From NCBI GenBank assembly GCA_041500865.1, contig JBGQMY010000003.1, positions 6,728 to 70,727 on the forward strand: a stretch of 64,000 bases of DNA. Reading direction: 5' to 3'. How positions within the stretch are numbered: position 1 is the stretch's first letter; each line of letters starts with the position of its first letter. Under the pieces are notes generated by a model. That model was given only the letters and a program-made list of their open reading frames with translations, had not been told where the DNA came from and ran no database searches. Shown here in pieces: positions 56,062 through 64,000 of the stretch. The position numbers were made by a program, and so were the translations under genes. This DNA is from Candidatus Micrarchaeia archaeon (GTDB lineage Archaea > Micrarchaeota > Micrarchaeia > Anstonellales > J096).

Positions 56062-56457
56062 TCACTCCTTCTTGGCTTCCTTTGGCTTAGGCGGCTTTGC
56101 GACACTGTCTATCGCCACGCTGCCTTCAGTCACCGCGGTTGCGTTGACCTGGACGATTTCCTGGGTGTATGAGTCGCCCCTTACGGTCTTCTTGTGCCTC
56201 GCGCCCTTGTCCTTTGACTTGTAGCCTGGTCCAGACGAAAGCAGCGCCCTTTCCCTTCTCTGGCCGTGGATGTCATGCCTCATCGGTATTCCGCTCGTGT
56301 CGCTTCCGCCCCTGAGCCTTATTGTCCATCCCGCAAGCCCGATGAAGCCGGCGTCCAGCTCCTCGCCGACCTTCTTTCCGACAAGGAAGTGCTCCTTTTC
56401 CGCAGGAACCTCCACCTGGTATGTCTTTCCGCTTTTTGTGCCTATGTTTAATATCAT
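56062..56457 (-). CDS. rps6e: 30S ribosomal protein S6e
   Basis: 131 aa S6e family ('…GGSDTSGIPMRHD…'); classic S6e-aIF2g adjacency. Confidence 0.8.
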   Translation of the reverse strand: MILNIGTKSGKTYQVEVPAEKEHFLVGKKVGEELDAGFIGLAGWTIRLRGGSDTSGIPMRHDIHGQRRERALLSSGPGYKSKDKGARHKKTVRGDSYTQEIVQVNATAVTEGSVAIDSVAKPPKPKEAKKE

Positions 56458-56634
56458 TGAATCGCCTTTGATGAAAGCAAAGTCTATGTTGGCAGTATTG
56501 TTTAAAAAGGTATGCGCATCGCCCCTGGATTGCGGTTTTTAACCCCTTCGTAAGGGGGAAGAATCCCCCTTGACGCTCAACCCCCTCTTCATTAGGGTCT
56601 TGCTAGCCGTTTTTAATTTGTTCGCCGCATTAAT

Positions 56635-57339
56635 TTGATTATGGAACAGAGGCAGAAGCCCATCCGCGGAGCCATGCAAAAGGCGAAATCGCTGTTTTCA
56701 GGCAAGGCGAAGCCCGAAGGCGCGAGAAGGTTGAACGAGAAAGAGCAGAAGGAGTTGAATGACAGGCTCTTTGCCGCGATTTGGGATTATAAAAAATTAT
56801 TAACTGACGAAATGCAAATCGAAACCCATATTGTAGCGCGTTATACTTCAAGGTCGCGCATCAGGAGGCTGTTGAGGCTTGGCGCAGACGTGGATGCAAA
56901 GGACAGCGGCGGCGAGACCCCGCTCACGCGGGCCGCATGGAAAGGCGATATGGACATTTGCAAAATCCTGATTGAAAACGGGGCAAACCTGGAGGCAAAA
57001 GACGCGTATTGGGGAGATACGGCATTGATGCTTGCTGCCCGCAATGGCAATCAGTATTTGGTTAAATACCTTGTTTCGCGCGGGGCTGATGTGAACGCAA
57101 GGAACAATAATGGCGAAACGCCTTTGGTTCTGGCTGTTGGCGGCAGCACGACAAAGGAATGGAAGACTGTGCGTGTCCTTCTTCAGAGCGGCGCAAACCA
57201 GCTTGGAGCCGCTTTTATGCATGCCAGATTTGACGTGGCTGAATTGCTGAAAAATGCAATGATGAATCAGCTTGAAAATGTAATCGGAAAAGAAAGCTTC
57301 GCGCTGTTCATGCGCTCGTTCAGGGAATGCACTGCCTGA
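56635..57339 (+). CDS. ankyrin-repeat protein with C-terminal …FMRSFRECTA tail
   Basis: 234 aa; paralog of 58359..59093 (N-terminal 'KSLFSxKAKPExARxLNEKEQKxLND' and tail conserved). Confidence 0.75.
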   Translation: MIMEQRQKPIRGAMQKAKSLFSGKAKPEGARRLNEKEQKELNDRLFAAIWDYKKLLTDEMQIETHIVARYTSRSRIRRLLRLGADVDAKDSGGETPLTRAAWKGDMDICKILIENGANLEAKDAYWGDTALMLAARNGNQYLVKYLVSRGADVNARNNNGETPLVLAVGGSTTKEWKTVRVLLQSGANQLGAAFMHARFDVAELLKNAMMNQLENVIGKESFALFMRSFRECTA

Positions 57340-57342
57340 TGT

Positions 57343-58269
57343 TCATTCCCCTTCTGTCATGCCCGCCTTAAGCGGCAGGCCCTGCCTCGGGACAAGCGTT
57401 TGGGCGTAATTGGAAAACAGCATTACGGCGGCGATGCCTGCCAGCAGGACCGCCAAGCCAGGCATTACTCCCATGCCGAGCACGCTCCATTTGCCCAGCG
57501 CAGTTTTCATCACCGATTCGTGGAACAGGAAGAGCGCGAACGTGGATTTCCCTGCAATGGAAAATGCGCTGCGGACGGCTTTGGAGCCGAAGTCCGGGAC
57601 AAGCGAGAAAAGGAAAAACAATGCAAACGGCACTGCCATCACAGGATAGGCGATTGAAAGCAGCAATGGCGACAAAAGCCAAACGTCCCTCCTGCCGTGC
57701 GCCAGCGCGATGCCAAAGCAGAATTCAGCCATGAAGAACAGCGGCGAAAACGACGTTAGCGAACCGTCCATCAAGCGGATTGCGAGCGAAACGATTACGG
57801 CAAGCAGCAGGAAGGCAGGGAACCTCTTTGTCAGCAGGTTCAGGTAAGGATAGAGTATATACAGCCCTATCAGCGGCACCACGAACCATGATGGGCTGAT
57901 GAGCGTGTATTGCACGGCACTGTCAATCCAGTTCATGAACGAGAAATGGAGCAGGATGTCGCCAATGGCCCCGGAATATACCTGTGTGCCGAAAAGAATG
58001 GCGACAAGCAGCAAGGCAGGATAATAAAGCGAGGATATCTTCAGCCAGCGCCTGAAAATCCATCCCAAGTCAAACGAAACAAGGCCCGGATAGCGCATGG
58101 CAAGCGCGAAGCCGCTTATGATGAAGAACAGCGAGGCGCCGATGAACCCGTAAGGCCTCAGCCCGGAATCAAGCGTGAACTCGTATGCCACGTGAAAACC
58201 GATTATGAGGAGTATGGCGACAACCCTGGCGAAATCCAGCCACACTATCCTGTTATCGGGATTGGGCAT
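57343..58269 (-). CDS. acyltransferase-3 family membrane protein (OatA-like)
   Basis: 308 aa, about 10 TM helices; N-terminal 'RIVWLDFARVVAILLIIGFHVAYE'. Confidence 0.65.
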   Translation of the reverse strand: MPNPDNRIVWLDFARVVAILLIIGFHVAYEFTLDSGLRPYGFIGASLFFIISGFALAMRYPGLVSFDLGWIFRRWLKISSLYYPALLLVAILFGTQVYSGAIGDILLHFSFMNWIDSAVQYTLISPSWFVVPLIGLYILYPYLNLLTKRFPAFLLLAVIVSLAIRLMDGSLTSFSPLFFMAEFCFGIALAHGRRDVWLLSPLLLSIAYPVMAVPFALFFLFSLVPDFGSKAVRSAFSIAGKSTFALFLFHESVMKTALGKWSVLGMGVMPGLAVLLAGIAAVMLFSNYAQTLVPRQGLPLKAGMTEGE

Positions 58270-58358
58270 TGCACATATATGCGGGATAACGGTTTTATCC
58301 CTTTCCTTTTTCCAAGTGATAAAAAAGAGCCGGATTTTTAACCCCTTTTGAGCATAAT

Positions 58359-59093
58359 TTGATTATGAAGCAGAAGGAAAGGCAGGAAAGCCATGTATTC
58401 CTGCAAAAGTCGAAATCGCTGTTTTCGCGCAAGGCAAAGCCAGAATCAGCAAGAAAGCTAAACGAGAAAGAACAAAAGGATTTGAATGACATGCTCTTTG
58501 CAGTGATTTCAAAGCATAAAAAATTTACAGAGGATGCCACCTCTTATGAGCCTGCCCAAATCCACATTGTATCATATCCTATATCAATTATCCGAATCAA
58601 GAGGCTGCTTAAAGCCGGAGCGAATCTTGAAGCAAGGGACAATGAAGGCAGGACTCCGTTAATGTATGCTATATTTACTGAGCATATGGACATCTCCAAA
58701 ATTCTTGTTGAAAATGGCGCAGAGATTGAGGCAAAGAACAATGACGATATGACAGCACTGATGTTTGCTGCAGCCTCAGGTAATCATAAGATAGCTAACT
58801 ATTTAATTTCGCGGGGGGCAGACGTAAATGCAAAAGATAGAAATGGTCATACCCCATTGGTTTTGGCTGTCCATAATGACTTTGTTAGATCTGGCAGCGG
58901 CCACAACATCCTTAAAACCGCCAAGATCCTGATAAAGAACGGGGCCATAATAGGCCAGAATGCACTCATGTGCGCGGGTAGGGATAAAACGATTGAGTTT
59001 CTTAAAAAAGCAATGCTGGCCCAGCTCGAAAAACAGATGGGAAAACAAAATTTCTCGCTGTTTATGCAATCTTTTAAGGAATGCACTGCCTGA
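58359..59093 (+). CDS. ankyrin-repeat protein with C-terminal …FMQSFKECTA tail
   Basis: 244 aa; paralog of 56635..57339. Confidence 0.75.
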   Translation: MIMKQKERQESHVFLQKSKSLFSRKAKPESARKLNEKEQKDLNDMLFAVISKHKKFTEDATSYEPAQIHIVSYPISIIRIKRLLKAGANLEARDNEGRTPLMYAIFTEHMDISKILVENGAEIEAKNNDDMTALMFAAASGNHKIANYLISRGADVNAKDRNGHTPLVLAVHNDFVRSGSGHNILKTAKILIKNGAIIGQNALMCAGRDKTIEFLKKAMLAQLEKQMGKQNFSLFMQSFKECTA

Positions 59094-59124
59094 TTTTTAA
59101 AACGTTCCGGGGACAACTACAAAC

Positions 59125-59208
59125 GCCAGGGTGGCAGAATCCGGTAATGCGCCAGACTTGAGATCTGGTGCCCGCAAGGGCTCAGGGGTTCAAATCCCCT
59201 CCCTGGCG
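59125..59208 (+). tRNA. tRNA-Ser (anticodon TGA), long variable arm
   Basis: GCCAGGG…CCAGA-CTTGAGA-TCTGG-TGCCCGCAAGGGCTC-AGGGGTTCAAATCCCCT-CCCTGGC-G. Confidence 0.85.
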
Positions 59209-59363
59209 AAGCCCCTTTTCTTCGCGAAGAAAAGGTCCTTGGGTTCAAAAGAAGGCGTTTTGTAAAAGCCCAGGGAAAAACCGACGCATCAACCGTTTTT
59301 CGCCGAAGCCTTTTTTCAAAAGGCTTCGCGGAAAGAAAAGCTATTTTTGGCGCCTGTGGGCGC

Positions 59364-60158
59364 TTATTGCCTCAGCAGTTTTTCAGCAGCGTCTAGTTGC
59401 TCTTTTGTACCCCTGACTACAAGCGTGCCGTCGTCCTCTCTTGTTACTGTCATTTGTGCGGGCTTTGCTTCAAGCGCCCGCGCCCCCTTCGGGGTCCCAC
59501 CCAACGACGCCACCCCGAGAAGCGCGGACGACCCGTTGTTGAGGTTGACGTTCCTCCTGAAGTAGTAGTCGAGGAAGTTGTAGCCGCGGGCAACAGGGCC
59601 GACCCTCCCGGAACCATCAACCCGCCACAGACGGCTGGCTTGTGGGTTGCGGGAACCAATTTCCTTTCCTGTCGGTATGCCATGCTTGCCATCAAGAGGA
59701 TACCAACCGTCCTTTTCCGGGAAGTTGGGAATAATATCAATAACGTTTGATCTTATCATAATCTCCTTGCCGTCAATTTCAAGCGAGTAGTCCGGATGCT
59801 CTGAAACCAGGATGGCGTTCTTCTCGCTTCCGTAGTCTCCTATTGGGAATATCCAGCGCTCCCTTGTTTCCGGGTCTGTGTATACGATTGCCTTAAGCTC
59901 CTTGCTGAACATCTTGCTCCTGTTGAATTCAGTTCTAGGCTCGACGTATGCGGCCATCGTGCCTGTCCAGCACGGAAAAACCTCAACTATTGATTTATAT
60001 CCATCTCCTGCAAACGCCTTTTCCATCTTTGCGTTTGAGGCGATTATCATTCCCGTCTCTGCGACCCTTTGGATTGCAACTTTGGCTGAAACGCCCTCTT
60101 TGTAGGGTATGAATGCCTTTAAGCCCTTTTCACTTGTCAGTTGGACTGTTCCTGCCAT
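59364..60158 (-). CDS. paralog of the DGR target protein, with VR-like NNC-codon segment and downstream GC hairpin
   Basis: 264 aa; aligns to 13077..13988 (…DYGSEKNAILV… / …DYKGEKNVALV…); region 59515-59600 encodes 'GYNFLDYYFRRNVNLNNG' followed by GGGGTGGCG…CCCCGAAGGGG. Confidence 0.6.
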   Translation of the reverse strand: MAGTVQLTSEKGLKAFIPYKEGVSAKVAIQRVAETGMIIASNAKMEKAFAGDGYKSIVEVFPCWTGTMAAYVEPRTEFNRSKMFSKELKAIVYTDPETRERWIFPIGDYGSEKNAILVSEHPDYSLEIDGKEIMIRSNVIDIIPNFPEKDGWYPLDGKHGIPTGKEIGSRNPQASRLWRVDGSGRVGPVARGYNFLDYYFRRNVNLNNGSSALLGVASLGGTPKGARALEAKPAQMTVTREDDGTLVVRGTKEQLDAAEKLLRQ

Positions 60159-60246
60159 GGATATGGCTGTGCATCAAAGTCCTTTTAAATTTATCTTTGA
60201 ACACGTTTTACCACAGTTGGCAGGAGGTTAGCAACGTGGCATATTA

Positions 60247-61149
60247 TTATTTCGGCAGCCGTTGGGCTAGCGCATCAAGCTCTTTCAGCACCCTGTCCGG
60301 CGAATATTCCTTAAGTTTCTTGACAACGTTTTTGTCGTCCAGCATCTTCCCCTCAAGCGGGATTGCAACCCCGTCAACGGTTGAAGGGTCGTTCATGTGC
60401 AGCGAAAACGGGCAGCGGCCGAGCTTGCCTGGCGGCGTCTGCGAAGGGTCTATGATTATGCGGCCAGGCAGCTTTTCATGGCCCCCTGAAACCTCGAGGC
60501 CCGTCTTCCTTTTCACTATGGCTGTCCACCTGCCCACGAACGAGCCGAGCGGGTCGGACTTGCTGTACCCAAGGTGCCTGCTGTAGAAATCAGCCGCAAC
60601 CGGCTTTTCCAGCATCAGGTAGACGTGGAACGAGCTGCCTGTGTACATGGCAAACGGCTGGAACGGCGCCAAGGCGGAAAACTCCTTGTCTGCCTTTATG
60701 GTTTCAAGCAGTGTCTTTGCAGCAAGCTGCGCATCCTCGCCGCTCGCAGTCCCGCCCCTGTCTATGTCTATGAATATCCTGTCAATCGTTTTCCCTTTTT
60801 CGCCATTTACGGCATAGAAAAAATCGGCAAGCTTGCGCGGCGGGAAATAGCGCCATATCTTTCCCTGTAACGGAGTAATATTGTCTTTTGCGTCCTCAAG
60901 GTGCCTGCCTTCGCTTCTTTGCTTGAGAAAGGCGTCGTCAACGCCTTTTGCCAGCTCCTCGGAATACAATGGAGAAAGGTATGAGCCGCGGTTCAGGAAC
61001 GGCTTTGCGGCTTTCGGAATCAGCACCTTCGCCGCTATTTCTTTTCCCTTAAGGAAACCTGCCAATTTGGCAGCAACCCTAGAATAATAGCCAACAACGT
61101 CCAAGTCCCCGAACGGATGCAGCGCGTCTGCCATGGAAGCATAGCGCAA
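60247..61149 (-). CDS. archaeo-eukaryotic primase-polymerase, LigD polymerase-domain-like (PrimPol/PolDom)
   Basis: AEP motifs I 'FIDIDRGG', II 'TGSSFHVYLML', III 'GRIIIDPSQ…GKLGRCPFSLH'. Confidence 0.55.
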   Translation of the reverse strand: MRYASMADALHPFGDLDVVGYYSRVAAKLAGFLKGKEIAAKVLIPKAAKPFLNRGSYLSPLYSEELAKGVDDAFLKQRSEGRHLEDAKDNITPLQGKIWRYFPPRKLADFFYAVNGEKGKTIDRIFIDIDRGGTASGEDAQLAAKTLLETIKADKEFSALAPFQPFAMYTGSSFHVYLMLEKPVAADFYSRHLGYSKSDPLGSFVGRWTAIVKRKTGLEVSGGHEKLPGRIIIDPSQTPPGKLGRCPFSLHMNDPSTVDGVAIPLEGKMLDDKNVVKKLKEYSPDRVLKELDALAQRLPK

Positions 61150-61409
61150 CCAACGCTTAAAAGGCTAATTGATTGGGTGCAGATAATTCCTTGTACGCGT
61201 TTCAGCCCTGCCAGCCAAAGGAAGCGGATTTTTCGCTGATGCATTCGTCTCAAAACAAAGGGTTTCCTTCGTCATTCTGCAAAGGCAGCATAGCAAACGT
61301 TATAAACCAAGCTTCCCAAGCATAAAAAGTGGCTGAAACAATAAACGAGAACACCAGCGGCAGGCCGGTTTCCCCTGCGCGCTGCAGCGTAAGGGAAGCG
61401 AGCAGGCAG

Positions 61410-62870
61410 ATGAACGTAAGGAAGCTCAGGAAGATGGGCATTGACTTTTTTGTCGGCGTGTCAAAGGAAAGGGCGGAAATGCGAAGGCCGCTGGCAATAC
61501 CGATATCTTCCCCCACAGAAGAACAGAGGCTTGTCGGGAAGGCAATCTCCATAAAAGTTGTCGGAAGGAGCAGAAAAAGATACGGCATAATGAGCGACAG
61601 CGAAACGACAGTGAACGAAAACGGCAGGACATTCAAGGTCCTGGACGCAAAGTTCATAGACAACGGAAACATCAAGAAGATGCACCTGGAATATGACGTA
61701 ACGGAGCTTGTGCAGGCAGGGGCAAGGCCGGAAGAGATACCTATCGTGGAGTTCACTGCAGACGAAAGCGGCGTGCTGACCTACGCAAGCAGGCAATATG
61801 AGGCAAACATCGAAGAATATGGTAATAGCACAGGCTATTCGCTCGGCAGGCCAAGGGACGGCGTTGTCGGAAAATACATGATAAATTCATTCATGGAGGG
61901 CAAGGAGCGCGAGGAGATGGAAAATATATTCCGGGAGGCAAAGGGCGGATTCCACGTCTTGAAGGAGATAAACCTCCCGTTCTTCCTCATGTGCCTAAGC
62001 TGCTGCATGGGGCTGCAGTGCAAGGGCAGCAACATGACGAACGTCGCCTTGTCCTACGTCGTCAAAGGCGGCACGTTCTTTTACGGGGCAATAAACAACT
62101 CCAGGCTCAGCGAAAAGGAATGGAGGCAGGTCTGGGAGGCCATGGCAAAGGAAAAGCGCTGGTGGAAAATGCCCAGGAGACGCGAAATAAGGAAGGCTGA
62201 CAGGCGCGATATGGGCAAGGGCGGCGAAAGGCTTATCGCGCTGCTTTCGGCGGCGGCATGGGCGTCGTCATCTCCGTCAAACGGAAAAAGGCAGGACAAG
62301 GCAAAGGAAGACGCAATGATTGCCGTTCCTGTAAGTAAAGCCGCGGCAGCCGCAGAAACCCAAAAATATTTCTCGCAAAAGACATTCCGAGGCATAATGG
62401 AAAGGCTGGAAAGCAAAACAAATGCAGGGGCAAAGGCCAAAGCGCCTGTTGCGGCAGCTATGTCCATGCTTGGCATAAGCGCATTTGCAAGGATGGACAT
62501 CCGTTCTGTCAAGATTGCGTTCATGCATGCCGCGGCACAGCCCTGGCCGTTGCACCATGCGGCAATGGCGCGCACGCCATGGGCTGCAAAGGCAGTTTTC
62601 ACGTCAGCCTTGCCATCAGCTTCGCCTGCGGCGCAAAGGCGCGCAAGCCCGGCTTTTGGCAGGGCGCGCAGCAAGGCGGCAAAGGCAGCAATTGGCTATG
62701 CCATGATGATTGCGGCTGCTTTCACCAGGCATGCGAAACGCAAGAAAGCAAGGAAAAATGGCGATGCTGGCGGAATAATGCTGAACATACTGTCCTATAT
62801 CGCATCAGGCGTAAGGACATATATGCAGCTTAGGCAGGTTTCATACTACCCTTATGCCGAGCATCTTTGA
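61410..62870 (+). CDS. hypothetical protein: conserved ~250-aa N-domain plus Ala/Lys-rich low-complexity C-terminus
   Basis: Paralogous to the ORF starting at about 63056 (…GRSxxKYGIxSDxE…ENGRTxKxLxAxFIDNGNxKxMxxEYDxTELV…GVVGKY…FYGAINNS…). Confidence 0.4.
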   Translation: MNVRKLRKMGIDFFVGVSKERAEMRRPLAIPISSPTEEQRLVGKAISIKVVGRSRKRYGIMSDSETTVNENGRTFKVLDAKFIDNGNIKKMHLEYDVTELVQAGARPEEIPIVEFTADESGVLTYASRQYEANIEEYGNSTGYSLGRPRDGVVGKYMINSFMEGKEREEMENIFREAKGGFHVLKEINLPFFLMCLSCCMGLQCKGSNMTNVALSYVVKGGTFFYGAINNSRLSEKEWRQVWEAMAKEKRWWKMPRRREIRKADRRDMGKGGERLIALLSAAAWASSSPSNGKRQDKAKEDAMIAVPVSKAAAAAETQKYFSQKTFRGIMERLESKTNAGAKAKAPVAAAMSMLGISAFARMDIRSVKIAFMHAAAQPWPLHHAAMARTPWAAKAVFTSALPSASPAAQRRASPAFGRARSKAAKAAIGYAMMIAAAFTRHAKRKKARKNGDAGGIMLNILSYIASGVRTYMQLRQVSYYPYAEHL

Positions 62871-63055
62871 GGCCGTCCTCATCCGAACCCATAGCGTTAC
62901 TGTTGCGGTTTGTCATAGCCTTCGTCATTGGGCGAAGAAGCCATGGCATCATTTAAAAACCAGACTGGGCAACCGTAAAACGTGGGAATCGATATAATTG
63001 AAAACAGGAGCGGCAGCCCGAAATCGCCTGTCTCCTACCAGATACGCCAGACCGC

Positions 63056-64000
63056 AATGCAGAACAGGATGGACAGGCTGGCGTGCTACACCATAAACAA
63101 TTACGTGGGCATGTACAAGGAAATCGTCAACCCAAAAAGCTTCCTTGTGCCCATATCATCTGTCGCTGCAGGCCAGAGGCTGATAAGAAAAACGATACAT
63201 ACTGAAACGGTAGGCAGGAGCGACGAAAAATACGGCATAATAAGCGATGGCGAAAGATTCGTCTCGGAAAACGGCAGGACGCTGAAGAGGATAGAGGCAA
63301 CGTTCATAGACAACGGAAACGTAAAGAGGATGCAGGTTGAATACGACATAACGGAGCTCGTGAATGCCGGCGCAAAGCCGGAAGAGATACCCATACTGGA
63401 GTTCACGACCGACGCCAACGGCGTGCTGATATACGCAAGCAGGCAATACGACGACAACATAGACGCCTACAAGAGGAAGACGGGATATGATAAAGGAGTT
63501 TACAGGGACGGCGTCGTCGGAAAATACAACATCAAGAGCTTCATGATAGGAAGGCAGCAGCAGGAGATGGAAAACATATTCCAGGAGACAAGGTCCGGAT
63601 TCCACGTAATAAGGGAGATAAACGTTCCTTTCTTCCTGAGTTTTGGCCTGCACTGCAAGGACAGCAACATGACGAACGTCGTTGTCTCGTATATCATGCA
63701 GGACGGGATGCTTTTCTACGGCGCAATAAACAACTCCAAGCAGAGCGACAGGGAGTGGAAAAGGGTATGGATAGGCATAACCAAGAGGAAGTTCTGGAGG
63801 ATAAGGGCAAGGAAATTCAGGAGGGAAAGGATTGACCCGAGGGAAGTTGGAATTGGCGGCGCAGCCATGCTGCAGTTCGCCGCGCTGGGCCCGGCGGCAT
63901 CAATGGGATTTTCCGGAATGGAAACAAGGGAATCAAGGCTTCTGGCGCGCTTTGCAAAGGGCGGGGCGGCATTCGGGAACGCAAGGCCGCCTAAAAAAGG
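63056..64000 (+). CDS. paralog of 61410..62870 (runs off window end)
   Basis: Open frame from ATG 63056 to window edge with >50% identity to N-domain of 61410..62870. Confidence 0.4.

Overview
This is a ~55% GC archaeal chromosome segment. The archaeal call rests on aIF2-gamma, aIF5A, RFC small subunit, r-proteins S6e/S24e/L1/P0/L12, and tRNAs with canonical-position introns. It is gene dense, with about 75 protein genes and 8 tRNAs. Recognisable housekeeping genes are AspRS, HisRS, MetAP2, the L1-P0-L12 and S6e-aIF2g clusters, type-2 IPP isomerase, NAD kinase, rubrerythrin, an MgtA-type P-type ATPase, NUDIX, Trm5 and a PduO-type adenosyltransferase. Three things make the window unusual. First, an expanded family of at least 13 ankyrin-repeat proteins, 8 of which share a Cys-containing C-terminal tail. 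Second, several secreted Cys-rich or giant surface proteins, including an 1816-aa ORF translationally coupled to a secreted, sequon-rich Cys protein. Third, and most notably, a complete diversity-generating retroelement (DGR) at 11.7-14.0 kb. It has a DGR-type reverse transcriptase (LGNLTSQFF motif) and a ~90-nt template repeat directly upstream of the RT. A matching variable repeat lies inside the adjacent target gene; every TR/VR mismatch falls at a TR adenine (AAC codons), and a GC hairpin follows the VR. A paralog of the target gene at 59.4-60.2 kb carries a VR-like segment and a similar hairpin. The window also encodes a 363-aa H-cluster-only [FeFe]-hydrogenase-like protein with all three signature Cys motifs. 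Further features are a RelE/ParE-RHH toxin-antitoxin pair, a LigD-like primase-polymerase next to tRNA-Ser, recurring palindromic T-rich intergenic hairpins, and tRNA-flanking partial tRNA duplications. The organism looks like a symbiont-style (possibly DPANN-like) archaeon, but that is inference only.
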